The notes beneath the pieces were generated by a model. That model was not told the origin of the DNA. It ran no database searches and saw nothing but the letters and a program-made list of their open reading frames with translations. Shown here in pieces: positions 7,746-16,522 of a stretch of DNA of 35,562 nucleotides (its first letter is position 1; every line of letters starts with the position of its first letter). The position numbers were made by a program, and so were the translations under genes. Source of the DNA: Clostridiales bacterium (GTDB lineage Bacteria; Bacillota; Clostridia; Lachnospirales; Lachnospiraceae); the NCBI GenBank assembly GCA_019420425.1, contig JAHZHG010000003.1, positions 1 through 35,562 on the forward strand, given 5' to 3'.

Positions 7746-8228
7746 CTATGCAGACAAATTCCTGCCTCTCTCTTTTTCCATAGTATGATAGCAGAGGAAA
7801 TCTCCGTTTTCTGTTTCAATTTTTTCATACGAAGTAATCTGATACCCTCGTTTCAGATACATACCTTCTGCCGGAAAAGAAGCATCCACATGAACCTTGG
7901 GATAATTTTCAAAAATCCGCGCTTCCAGTAAATCCATCAATCTGTTTCCATAACCTCTTCCCTGATATTCAGGCAAAATAAACAATCTACAAATCTCATT
8001 TTTCCGGATACTCCCGGTTCCTATGATGTTTCCATGTACCATCACAAGATAGATTTCTTCAGAGGACATCACTTTTCCAATTCTTACTTCACTGTGCAGA
8101 TCAAGAAAAAACTGCACTGCACCTGACGGATAATAATGTGGATACACGTTCTGTATCGTTTTTTCTGCTATCCCTGATACAACCGTAGGATTATCTGTCA
8201 GTATCAACTCCATATCCAAGCTTTCCAT
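7746..8228 (-). CDS. GNAT family N-acetyltransferase
   Basis: 160 aa with a GGAGG SD. The acetyl-CoA motif RLFILPEYQGRGYGNRLM is present. Confidence 0.85.
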   Translation of the reverse strand: MESLDMELILTDNPTVVSGIAEKTIQNVYPHYYPSGAVQFFLDLHSEVRIGKVMSSEEIYLVMVHGNIIGTGSIRKNEICRLFILPEYQGRGYGNRLMDLLEARIFENYPKVHVDASFPAEGMYLKRGYQITSYEKIETENGDFLCYHTMEKERGRNLSA

Positions 8229-8382
8229 TTATAACCTCCGAATTGGGGAAAACATATATCCCTGTCCATTTTACCCATCCTGCCGGAGTTTCTGCTTCAT
8301 CTGCAGCCTCTACGCCCGCCAGATACAGTCCCTCCGTAAAATGGTTTTCCCCTGGTTTGAAAGAACATGAAAAACCAGACAT
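8191..8382 (-). pseudogene. C-terminal fragment of a GyrI-like/effector-binding-domain protein
   Basis: ...GDIGGIWGTMSGFSCSFKPGENHFTEGLYLAGVEAADEAETPAGWVKW... has the YxAGVEV...P.G pattern of GyrI-like domains. It lacks the N-terminal half, and its tail overlaps the GNAT start. Confidence 0.35.
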
Positions 8383-8512
8383 TGTGCCCCATATGCCGCC
8401 AATATCTCCGTTTTGTCACCTTTTCTTTCTTAACTTCAATACAATCTGTCTCTCATCGGCTATATTTTCCAACCGTTTTTTTATATAAGCTGCTCTCTCT
8501 TTTCTCGATAGA

Positions 8513-8956
8513 CTACCCAATTCTTGCTCCTAACTCCAATAAATTTACAGCTACGCAAAAGAAATTCTTTTTTCGCCCATCATTGTAATTTTCCAAAAGG
8601 AATGCTAAAATACGGATTTTCTCTTCCTGCTCTGCCCGATATGTCTCCACACCAATTTTCTGCTGTTTCTCCAAATCTTTTTTCCGATTCTGATGTGTGA
8701 CAAACGAATCGAACGCATCAATATCCTCATATTTTTCACAGGGAAAATCCTGACATTGGCTGCAATATTCCGGCTTCCCATGCTGCTGGCTGCATCTGGC
8801 TATTTTGCACGACTGGTTTCCTTCACCGCCGCCACATCCAGGGCAATACCCATCTAGGTGCATAGGACACAGTCCGCAATTTAATCCACACAAAGAAAAC
8901 AACAAATCTGATCTTGTAAAATCCTTCAAAGTGTATCTCCTCCCCGCTATCGCCAT
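8513..8956 (-). CDS. DUF3795-like cysteine-rich protein (possible frameshift at the 3' end)
   Basis: ATG at 8956. It contains CGLNCGLCPMHLDGYCPGCGGGEGNQSCKIARCSQQHG..YCSQCQDFPCEKY. After the stop at 8513 another frame continues plausibly (LGSLSRKERAAYIKKRLENIADERQIV). Confidence 0.65.
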   Translation of the reverse strand: MAIAGRRYTLKDFTRSDLLFSLCGLNCGLCPMHLDGYCPGCGGGEGNQSCKIARCSQQHGKPEYCSQCQDFPCEKYEDIDAFDSFVTHQNRKKDLEKQQKIGVETYRAEQEEKIRILAFLLENYNDGRKKNFFCVAVNLLELGARIG

Positions 8957-8958
8957 AT

Positions 8959-9723
8959 TTACAGCCAAACCGCCCAATCTTCATAATCAAAAGTACCGCT
9001 GCCATGCTGCAATTTTCCTTCTTCTTCCAGCTGTCTAAAGGCATTCCTCATTCTAATCAGAATCTCCGGCTGGATATCAAGGGAATGATGCCCCGGAAAC
9101 ACTCTTTCCACGGGAAGCTCAGAAATCTTTTCCAGTGATTCCAGATAGTCTTCCGGATCCGTGGAAGGATAATAAGCAAACAATATACCTTTATATACCA
9201 AATCCCCTGTAAAAAGATATCCCTTTTCTTTCTCCCAAAAGCACATATGTCCGGGGGAATGTCCCGGCGTGTGCAGCACCTGAATCCTGCGCCCTCCGAT
9301 ATCAATGATCTCCCCATCATTTAAAACTCTTGTCGGCGTCCCCTGAAAAACGGTATAGGTATCAATATCGTAATTCTCCGGCAGATCACAACGGTCAGCA
9401 GCCATCTTTTTAATCATTTCTATCGGCAAAGGAAATTCCCCTGAGAGCCATTGCAATTCTCTCCTGTGCGCATAAAAATCCGGAAAGTATCTGAGTCCTC
9501 CAATATGATCCCAATGAATGTGCGTAGCAACCGCAGTAACCGGATTATCCGTCAGCTTTCTCACTTCATCATATATATTGCAGATTCCTAATCCTGTATC
9601 GATTAGCAGGCTATGTCCGGAACCATTTAAAAGATAACAATGTGTTTCTTCCGGGTGGCGATATTCACTGAGCATCCATGTATCTTTGTCAATTTGCCCA
9701 ACTGTAAACCAGTTATCCATCAT
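8959..9723 (-). CDS. MBL-fold metallo-hydrolase
   Basis: It has THIHWDHIGG (HxHxDH) and HTPGHSPGH motifs. The start is ambiguous (GTG 9732, ATG 9723 or 9720) and overlaps the merR stop. Confidence 0.85.
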   Translation of the reverse strand: MMDNWFTVGQIDKDTWMLSEYRHPEETHCYLLNGSGHSLLIDTGLGICNIYDEVRKLTDNPVTAVATHIHWDHIGGLRYFPDFYAHRRELQWLSGEFPLPIEMIKKMAADRCDLPENYDIDTYTVFQGTPTRVLNDGEIIDIGGRRIQVLHTPGHSPGHMCFWEKEKGYLFTGDLVYKGILFAYYPSTDPEDYLESLEKISELPVERVFPGHHSLDIQPEILIRMRNAFRQLEEEGKLQHGSGTFDYEDWAVWL

Positions 9724-10084
9724 TCTTCTCACTTTCGCTTATTCTATCCCGATATATGCCTATTTTCACATCCAGATTCTCCAGATACTCCGTCCATTTT
9801 CTTTGCTCCTCCATTACAGATTTTCTGTGCTGTATCAACAGTTCCATCCGCTCCGCCATCGTATCGTCTCCCTGATACCGCAGATCAGAATAACACTTAA
9901 TATCCCGAAGCAGCATCCCGGTATCTTTCAGCCGCTGGATAAATTTTACCCATTCTATATCGTCCACACTGTAATCCCGTCTTCCCATGCTGTCCCTGCC
10001 TACACGAAGCAGGCCTTTCTTCTCGTAATAACGCAGTGTATATGCGCTGATTCCAGTTATCACAGAAAACTCACCAATGGTCAT
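9713..10084 (-). CDS. MerR family transcriptional regulator
   Basis: MTIGEFSVITGISAYTLRYYEKKGLL... is an N-terminal wHTH, followed by a coiled-coil. It is divergent from the CMD gene. Confidence 0.9.
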   Translation of the reverse strand: MTIGEFSVITGISAYTLRYYEKKGLLRVGRDSMGRRDYSVDDIEWVKFIQRLKDTGMLLRDIKCYSDLRYQGDDTMAERMELLIQHRKSVMEEQRKWTEYLENLDVKIGIYRDRISESEKNDG

Positions 10085-10108
10085 AACAAACCTCTTTTCA
10101 AAAAACGC

Positions 10109-10139
10109 TTGACTTAGACTATGCTCTAAGAACTATCCT
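10109..10139 (+). promoter_or_regulatory. MerR-type promoter with a 19-bp spacer and an internal dyad
   Basis: TTGACT (10109-10114), a 19-nt spacer containing CTTAGA-ctatgc-TCTAAG, then TATCCT (10134-10139). It lies upstream of the CMD gene and beside merR. Confidence 0.55.
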
Positions 10140-10219
10140 TATTTACAGCAGCTATTGATACCTTATCAAGCAGAAATTGTTTGATAAGACCATTTTACCA
10201 GCCAAGGAGAAGAAAAGAA

Positions 10220-10588
10220 ATGGAGAAAACGAGATTTCATACCGGTATGGAAAATTTAAAGAAAATTGATGGGAAAGGCGGCGAAGCAGTCATCCGGTCA
10301 CTGGAAACAATCTCCCCTGATCTTGGGAAGTATATTGTTGAATTTGCGTTCGGGGATATCTATGAACGTAGCGGCCTCTCCTTACAGGAGCGCGAAATGA
10401 TCACGTTAGCCAGCCTTCTCACTGCCGGGGGATGTGAACCACAACTGGAAGTCCATATCAATGGAGCATTAAATGTAGGAATTGCTCCTGAAAAAATCAT
10501 TGAGATATTCCTGCAGTGCATCCCATATACTGGCTTCCCCAAAGTCCTTAATGCCGTTTCTGTGGCAAAAAAGATATTTGAAAATTAA
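10220..10588 (+). CDS. Carboxymuconolactone decarboxylase (CMD/AhpD-like) family protein
   Basis: ATG at 10220 with an AAGGAGA SD. It contains FAFGDIYERSGLSLQEREMITLASLLTAGG and IPYTGFPKVLNA, typical of the CMD family. Confidence 0.8.
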   Translation: MEKTRFHTGMENLKKIDGKGGEAVIRSLETISPDLGKYIVEFAFGDIYERSGLSLQEREMITLASLLTAGGCEPQLEVHINGALNVGIAPEKIIEIFLQCIPYTGFPKVLNAVSVAKKIFEN

Positions 10589-10763
10589 GTTTTTTTCTGC
10601 GTTAAACTATATTCCCTTTCAACTTTTGTCCCGTGGTATCTATTTTCCCGGATACCATGGAACAAAACCCTGGCATACTCAATGCCGTCCACTGTAGCAA
10701 CTACAGTTGTGTGAATCTCCCCTGCAAAAATTTCAAATTTATGTCATAATTTTACTTCCACAG

Positions 10764-10811
10764 CTTAAAACGGCAGAGCGCACGCCATTTTTATCGTGCA
10801 CACTCCACCGT
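10764..10811 (-). terminator. Rho-independent terminator of the SnoaL-like gene
   Basis: The minus-strand RNA AACGGUGGAGUGUGC...GCGUGCGCUCUGCCGUU + UUUAAG forms about 15 bp including 5 G-U pairs. The same positions would be C-A mismatches on the plus strand, so the hairpin is strand-specific. Confidence 0.5.
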
Positions 10812-10823
10812 TTCATTTATCGT

Positions 10824-11660
10824 TTAAAATTTGCCGTTCTGATTCTGCCAGGCTGACTGCTCGGCAATTGTTTCCATTACATCCCAGTGCTCGGCGATCT
10901 TGCCGTTCTCTATACGGAATAAATCATAATAGCTTGTTGGCGCGCCCCCAAAAGTGCCTTCGCTGACTGCCAGACCATAGTTGCCATCTGCCAGCACCAT
11001 ATGGGTCTTATTGTAGATCATCTGAATCCCCTGCTCAGCAAGGGCTGCCAGTGCAGCACCCAGACCGGAAAGCCCGTCAGCAATGCCGGTATTGTGCTGA
11101 ATATAGGCATAGCCGTCAAAGTAGCTTGTCAGCTTATCCGGATTTTCACCGCGAAGCACATCACCCACAAAGCCGGATACAATCTGACGGGTTGTTTCAC
11201 CGTCTGCAAGCCGTTTTTCCTGCGTACCGTCAATCTGCGTATGACCGGATGGATTAGGAGCCGCCTTAGCTGCCAGGTTATCCCAATGCTCGGCAATTCT
11301 GCCTTCTGCATCAAAGCGGAAGATATCAAATGCCACCTGCTCGCCAGCGCCTGCGAAATTGTAAACCGTCTGCAGGAAAACCTTATCGCCGTCCTCAAAT
11401 GCACGAATGTTCTGAACCGTTGTTTTTACCGGAGCAGACGCCAGATATGCGACAGATCCGATGAAGGCCTCCCGTCCGGTGCCATAAGCCAGGTTATGCT
11501 GGATATAGTCCTCAGACAGCAAATTCTTTGCCGCCTCCATATCCCCGGTTGCAAATGTATTAATGAGTGCGATTGCTTTATCCTTGTTTGTCACAGTAAA
11601 TTCCTCCTTATTGATGTTGACCGTATTTTTATGAAAAAGGGTTTTTAAGATTCTCATCAT
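10824..11660 (-). CDS. Tandem SnoaL-like/NTF2-fold protein
   Basis: Track ORF trimmed to ATG 11660. It has two repeats ending ...RFDAEGRIAEHWDNL and ...RIENGKIAEHWDVM, the hallmark of SnoaL-like polyketide-cyclase folds. Confidence 0.7.
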   Translation of the reverse strand: MMRILKTLFHKNTVNINKEEFTVTNKDKAIALINTFATGDMEAAKNLLSEDYIQHNLAYGTGREAFIGSVAYLASAPVKTTVQNIRAFEDGDKVFLQTVYNFAGAGEQVAFDIFRFDAEGRIAEHWDNLAAKAAPNPSGHTQIDGTQEKRLADGETTRQIVSGFVGDVLRGENPDKLTSYFDGYAYIQHNTGIADGLSGLGAALAALAEQGIQMIYNKTHMVLADGNYGLAVSEGTFGGAPTSYYDLFRIENGKIAEHWDVMETIAEQSAWQNQNGKF

Positions 11661-11910
11661 TGATTCCCTCTTTACTGAATTACTTGCTCCGGATTCAGAA
11701 GCTGAGCTCTTAACTTCCATTTCCCTTGCTGTGATTACAGTATAGCGCAGACGCCCTCGCAAAAAAATGGCCGAAACTTTGTATGGGCTACAACTTGAAC
11801 TTGTGATATAATAAAAGAAATGAGCGAAGCAAAATATGAATCAATTTACGCTGCTTACCCATAAGCAAAGCGTTCGGAAAGGATCCCGAATCAATCGAGA
11901 GGAATATTTT

Positions 11911-12801
11911 ATGGAATTTAAGCATATAGAGTATTTTATTGAAATCAGCCGCCATAAATCCATATCACAGGCAGCAAAAGCACTATATATTTCGCAGCAG
12001 GCATTGAGCCGCTGCATTGCGAACATGGAAGCGGAGCTTGGCTGCAAGCTATTTAACCGGACTGTCAAAGGAATTAGCCTGACAGAGGAAGGGGCTTATT
12101 TTTACCGCATCTTTTCTCCTCAGGTAGAACAATTTCACCAGTCGCTGACAGATGCCATCGACTATTTTAAAACCCAACCGGTTCGGCTGCCATTCTGTTG
12201 TGCTCCGCTGGTTTTCCGCTGCCTGGACCCTGACCTGCTGTTTGCTTTTCAGGAACAATATCCTCATATCACGTTGGAGCTTTTGGAACTGTCCGACACG
12301 GAATGCGACGCCTACGTGGAAGCCGATCCCGCCCACTTCGGACTGTTGGCGATCCCCGAAAACCGGCACGGAGAACGGCTTCCTTACACGCCGGTCAAGA
12401 CATTTCCCCTTTATCTGTTTGTACATAAGGAAAACCCTTTGGCGACATTAAGAGAAGTCAATTTTGCGCTCCTCAAAGATGAACCCTTCCTGATGCTGGA
12501 CAAAAAATCTTATTACCGCAAGCTGGTCTTCCACTATGCCCACAAATATCAATTTGAGCCGAAAACGGCCTTTGAATCCTCCGACGCAAATCAGCTGATC
12601 AGTCTGGTCAACAAAGGGAGGGGCATAGCCCTGAGCCTCGCCCCCATGCTGGATCGTTCCATTTATGAAAATGCAGTAATGGTTCCTTTTGATGACAAAA
12701 CGATTACCTGGTGTATTTCATTTATTTATCAGGATTATGAACGACTCAGTTCAGCAGCAAAAAGATTTATGCATTTTCTCATAGAGCAGATAAATTCCTA
12801 A
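11911..12801 (+). CDS. LysR family transcriptional regulator
   Basis: ATG at 11911. MEFKHIEYFIEISRHKSISQAAKALYISQQALSRCIANMEAELG is the HTH, followed by a substrate-binding domain. It is divergent from the SnoaL gene. Confidence 0.9.
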   Translation: MEFKHIEYFIEISRHKSISQAAKALYISQQALSRCIANMEAELGCKLFNRTVKGISLTEEGAYFYRIFSPQVEQFHQSLTDAIDYFKTQPVRLPFCCAPLVFRCLDPDLLFAFQEQYPHITLELLELSDTECDAYVEADPAHFGLLAIPENRHGERLPYTPVKTFPLYLFVHKENPLATLREVNFALLKDEPFLMLDKKSYYRKLVFHYAHKYQFEPKTAFESSDANQLISLVNKGRGIALSLAPMLDRSIYENAVMVPFDDKTITWCISFIYQDYERLSSAAKRFMHFLIEQINS

Positions 12802-12975
12802 TAAAAACGCTCTGCTGGCGCATACCAAAACCAGTCATTTGGTTCTTTCCTTTTCAGCAGAAACCGGGGATAGGACAGGTAAGGCAGCAAGTCTGTACAA
12901 AAGCAGCAACGCCATAACAAAATAAGCCACAAGCTGTCCCTCTTTTTTGTATCACAGGGGCAGCGAAAAGGGGGA

Positions 12976-13308
12976 TCACAGATTCTCATCCCCCCAGGCC
13001 TTCATGCAGTCAAGAACAGAGAGAAAGCTCTCTCCAAGTTCTGTCAGCGAATATTCCACTCGCAGAGGAACCTCACAAAAGTCATGGCGAAGAATAAACC
13101 CGTCTGCTTCCAGTTCCCGAAGCTGCTTTGTAAGAGAGCTTTCCGTTATCTCTCCAATCTGGCGGCGAAGCTGTCCGAATCTCCTGACCTCACACTTACC
13201 GATATACCAGAGAAGCTCAATTTTATATTTTCCACCTAACAGCTTCTGCACAGTGGAAATCGTTTTGCAGCGGCTGACCGCCAATTCTGATTTACGCATT
13301 TCCCTCAT
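12976..13308 (-). CDS. HxlR family transcriptional regulator
   Basis: 110 aa: LLGGKYKIELLWYIGKCEVRRFGQLRRQIGEITESSLTKQLRELEADGFI. Confidence 0.85.
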   Translation of the reverse strand: MREMRKSELAVSRCKTISTVQKLLGGKYKIELLWYIGKCEVRRFGQLRRQIGEITESSLTKQLRELEADGFILRHDFCEVPLRVEYSLTELGESFLSVLDCMKAWGDENL

Positions 13309-13475
13309 CTCCCTTTTCTATCATCATACGGCATTTCCCTCAAAAATAAAAGGTACTTCAAAAAAGTACAGTACTTTTATTTTCCGTGCGTTTTGCTATA
13401 ATGACGCTAACGGGACGGTCATGCGCTGGTTTGCCCCGTTGCCTGCGCATCATCATTCAACAGGAGGTTTTTGCC

Positions 13476-14411
13476 ATGCATTACACGGGAACAATCTGGC
13501 GTCCGCCTTATGAGGCGGATTCATTACTTTTAGAAGTAACCGCAGGCTGCACCCATCACAAGTGTAAATTCTGTACACTGTACAGTGATTTGCCATTTCA
13601 ATTCAAAATGTCGCCCATGGAAGACATTGAAAACGATTTGCTGGAAGCACAGGTTCTACGCTATAATCCCGCCTCCGCAATGACGCTCAAGCTTCATGGA
13701 TTTCCGCGCCCGAGGCCGTTCCATCGTGTTTTCCTGACCGGCGCGAATCCATTTGTCCTGAAAACAGAGAGGCTTCTTAAAATCGCGGCGCTCATCCGGA
13801 AATATCTGCCTTCCGTCGAGTCGATCGGCTGCTTTGCCCGCATTACCGATTCTCAAAAAAAGACAGATGAAGAATTACTCCTGCTCCGTCAGGCAGGCTA
13901 TAACCGGCTGACCATCGGCGTGGAGACCGGAGACGACGCGGCACTGTCCTTCATGCGGAAAGGCTATACCTCGCAGGATATTCTGACGCAATGCAAAAGA
14001 TTAGAACAGGCTGGAATTGCATACGGATTCTTCTATTTGACCGGCATTTCCGGTAAAGGGCAGGGTGAGGCCGGCGCGAAGTCCTCCGCGGCTATTTTTA
14101 ATCAGCTTCATCCCTTCCTGATCGGCCCGAACATGCTGACCATTTATCCGGAATCCGAACTATATCAGGAAATTCAAAACGGAAGCTGGGAAGAAGAAGG
14201 CGAGCTTGAAAAATACCGGGAACTCCGTGTCCTTATCGAAAATCTGGACATTTCAACATATTTTGCTGCAATGGGAGCCTCCAATGCCTTCCAGCTTCAG
14301 GGCCATTTGCCGCAAGATAAAGAGAAATTGCTAAAGACACTCGACAAAATTATTTCTGAAGTCAGTGAAGAGGAGCTACGGCGATACAGAAAAAATCTAC
14401 CCCATTTATAA
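13476..14411 (+). CDS. Radical SAM domain protein with CX4CX2C cluster spacing
   Basis: ATG at 13476 with a CAGGAGG SD. It has AGCTHHKCKFCTLY, then GANPFV and GVETGDDAAL (TIM-barrel radical SAM pattern). Confidence 0.75.
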   Translation: MHYTGTIWRPPYEADSLLLEVTAGCTHHKCKFCTLYSDLPFQFKMSPMEDIENDLLEAQVLRYNPASAMTLKLHGFPRPRPFHRVFLTGANPFVLKTERLLKIAALIRKYLPSVESIGCFARITDSQKKTDEELLLLRQAGYNRLTIGVETGDDAALSFMRKGYTSQDILTQCKRLEQAGIAYGFFYLTGISGKGQGEAGAKSSAAIFNQLHPFLIGPNMLTIYPESELYQEIQNGSWEEEGELEKYRELRVLIENLDISTYFAAMGASNAFQLQGHLPQDKEKLLKTLDKIISEVSEEELRRYRKNLPHL

Positions 14412-14445
14412 TCCGTTATATTTTCAATTATGAATTTAGGCGCAC

Positions 14446-14478
14446 TCCTGCGGCATCCTCACCCCTGCCGCAGGATTT
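14446..14478 (+). terminator. Terminator hairpin after the radical SAM gene
   Basis: Perfect 10-bp stem TCCTGCGGCA/TGCCGCAGGA with a 10-nt loop, followed by TTT. Confidence 0.6.
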
Positions 14479-14664
14479 GCTCCCGTATTCCAGCAAATTT
14501 TCCATTCCCTGTGATTTTTTACTAATTTTTATGTGTTTTTTTCATTATATTCGTTTTATTTTCGCTATCCCATGATTATTTGCCGTCATATTGGATATAT
14601 TATGCTGGGTTTTTTCGAATTTTATTGTTATAATTTTCCCATCAAACAAAAGGGAGGAGCAAAA

Positions 14665-16434
14665 ATGAGACGTAAAAATGTCAAAAAAATAACCGCTATG
14701 GCCATGTCGGTCCTTATGGCCGCCCTGACTCTTGGATCAGTCAGCAGCTTTGCCGCAGAAGGAACGTCCAGCGAAATAGCCGATGAGGCGCTTGAGCAAG
14801 CCCCGGGTATCGGCACTGTTTCTGTGGAGGGCGGTCTGGTGCAGGGAGTAGAATCCGACACAGAAGGGGTCACTCTTTTCAAGGGTATTCCCTTCGCCGC
14901 CGATACCTCCGGTGAAAACCGCTGGAAAGAGCCGCAGCCCGTGGAACCCTGGGAGGGCGTTCGCATCTGCGATGAATGGGGCGATCAGGCCATGCAGCAG
15001 CCTGTGGAAGAATTGAATCCCGTGGGAACCATTTACGGTGATGAATTTTACTTTGATGAATACTACAACCCGCCAATCAGTGAGAATGGCCTGAACCTGA
15101 ACGTTTACACCCCCGCCCAGTCTGCGGATGAAAATCTTCCGGTTTTCGTATGGATACACGGCGGCGCAAACAATCACGGACATGCGTCAGAGATGGAGTT
15201 TAATGCTTCCAAGCTGGCGGAAAAAGGCATCATCGTGGTGTCCGTGCAGTATCGGATGGGTATGTTCGGTTTCCTCACTCTTCCGGGTCTTGCTGAAGAA
15301 AATGAGCACGGAGTTTCCGGAAACTATGCCATTCTGGATCTCGTAAAATCCCTGGAGTGGGTAAGGGACAACATCGCCGGATTTGGCGGAAATCCCAATC
15401 AGGTAACCATCGCCGGACAGTCTGCCGGCGGCTACAACGTTACCGCGCTGCTCAGAACTCCTCTGGCCGAGGGCCTGTTCCAGAACGCTATCGTTCAGAG
15501 CCAGCCGCGGCTGATTCCCAATCAGGGCAGCGAGGCCTACAATGATATGGTGACCATGCAGGAAAGTGCAGAACCCGTCATCAAAGAGGCCATGGGACTT
15601 CCCGAGGATATGACCTCAGAAGAGCTGGTTGCTGAGCTTCGTTCCCACGATGCAGAATACTATATGACTACTCCTTCTCAGGCTGACGAAACACGGACTT
15701 TATTCCAGACAATCACCGCCATCAACGGCAGCTTTGCCTATGTGCTGGACGGCTATGTATTCACGGAGGAATCGGTTGACCTGACCCGCCCCGGCGCACT
15801 GGATGGCATCAATCTGATCGTAGGCTCCACCTCCAACGAGATGTCTACCGGAGCCGATCCGGAGGGCACCATGACAATGGAGGAATTTGCCGAGACCATG
15901 TCCGCCACCTATGGCGAAGACTATGCCGAGGGATACGCTCCTGAGGACGAAGCAGAGGCTTATGACATGCAGGTACGTTCTACCAGCGACCGCTGGCTTG
16001 GAACCTTCCGGCTTACCGCAGAGTACATGAATGCCCATAACGAGGACATGAATGCTTACACCTATTACTTTGACCAGAACATCCCCAGCCATGTCAATGC
16101 AAACAGGGATGATGAATTTTTCGGCTGCTTCCACTCCACAGAGCTGTGGTATACCTTCAATTCCATGAGGGATGTGGAGGGGCAGCGCGCCTGGACTGAC
16201 GCGGACCATGAGCTGGCGGATCAGATGTCTTCCTATATCGCTAACTTTGTGAAAACGGGAGATCCCAACGGAGACGGGCTGGCTGAATGGCTCAGCTGCT
16301 CGGCAGAAAACGACGATGCCTTCATGTGGTGGCACGACGGCGGTTCCGAGGGTGTTACCAGCACGGATAATCCTTCCCGGGATGCCATAAACCTGGAGCT
16401 GGCAAGAAATACTCTGGAGCTTCCCCAGGAGTAA
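14665..16434 (+). CDS. Secreted carboxylesterase, type B (para-nitrobenzyl-esterase-like)
   Basis: ATG at 14665 with a GGGAGGAG SD. The signal peptide is MRRKNVKKITAMAMSVLMAALTLGSVSSFAAEG. It has FKGIPFA, VWIHGGA and the nucleophile elbow IAGQSAGG. Confidence 0.9.
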   Translation: MRRKNVKKITAMAMSVLMAALTLGSVSSFAAEGTSSEIADEALEQAPGIGTVSVEGGLVQGVESDTEGVTLFKGIPFAADTSGENRWKEPQPVEPWEGVRICDEWGDQAMQQPVEELNPVGTIYGDEFYFDEYYNPPISENGLNLNVYTPAQSADENLPVFVWIHGGANNHGHASEMEFNASKLAEKGIIVVSVQYRMGMFGFLTLPGLAEENEHGVSGNYAILDLVKSLEWVRDNIAGFGGNPNQVTIAGQSAGGYNVTALLRTPLAEGLFQNAIVQSQPRLIPNQGSEAYNDMVTMQESAEPVIKEAMGLPEDMTSEELVAELRSHDAEYYMTTPSQADETRTLFQTITAINGSFAYVLDGYVFTEESVDLTRPGALDGINLIVGSTSNEMSTGADPEGTMTMEEFAETMSATYGEDYAEGYAPEDEAEAYDMQVRSTSDRWLGTFRLTAEYMNAHNEDMNAYTYYFDQNIPSHVNANRDDEFFGCFHSTELWYTFNSMRDVEGQRAWTDADHELADQMSSYIANFVKTGDPNGDGLAEWLSCSAENDDAFMWWHDGGSEGVTSTDNPSRDAINLELARNTLELPQE

Positions 16435-16459
16435 ATCGCAGGCCGGCAGTACACAAAAT

Positions 16460-16520
16460 TATCCCCGCAGAGATCAATGAAAGGGCTTTAGGCTCTGATC
16501 CCCGCGGGGATATTTCTTAT
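16460..16520 (+). terminator. Terminator region of the esterase gene (alternative hairpins)
   Basis: TATCCCCGC (16460-16468) pairs with GCGGGGATA (16504-16512). A local palindrome ATCCCCGCGGGGAT lies at 16498-16511. Both are followed by TTTCTTAT. Confidence 0.4.
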
Positions 16521-16522
16521 GC

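Noticed and set aside
11001-11648. 215-aa plus-strand ORF opposite the SnoaL-like gene
   Set aside because: It is an antisense shadow. The minus frame shows the duplicated (R)IAEHWD SnoaL signature.
12798-12989. 63-aa minus-strand ORF between the lysR and hxlR genes
   Set aside because: It overlaps the ends of both flanking genes, is Cys/Arg/Leu-rich and has no SD. The region is better explained as a convergent terminator zone.
14628-16454. Minus-strand ORFs (14737..15183, 15700..16335, 16233..16454) opposite the carboxylesterase gene
   Set aside because: They are antisense shadows. The esterase frame has a signal peptide, SD and catalytic motifs.
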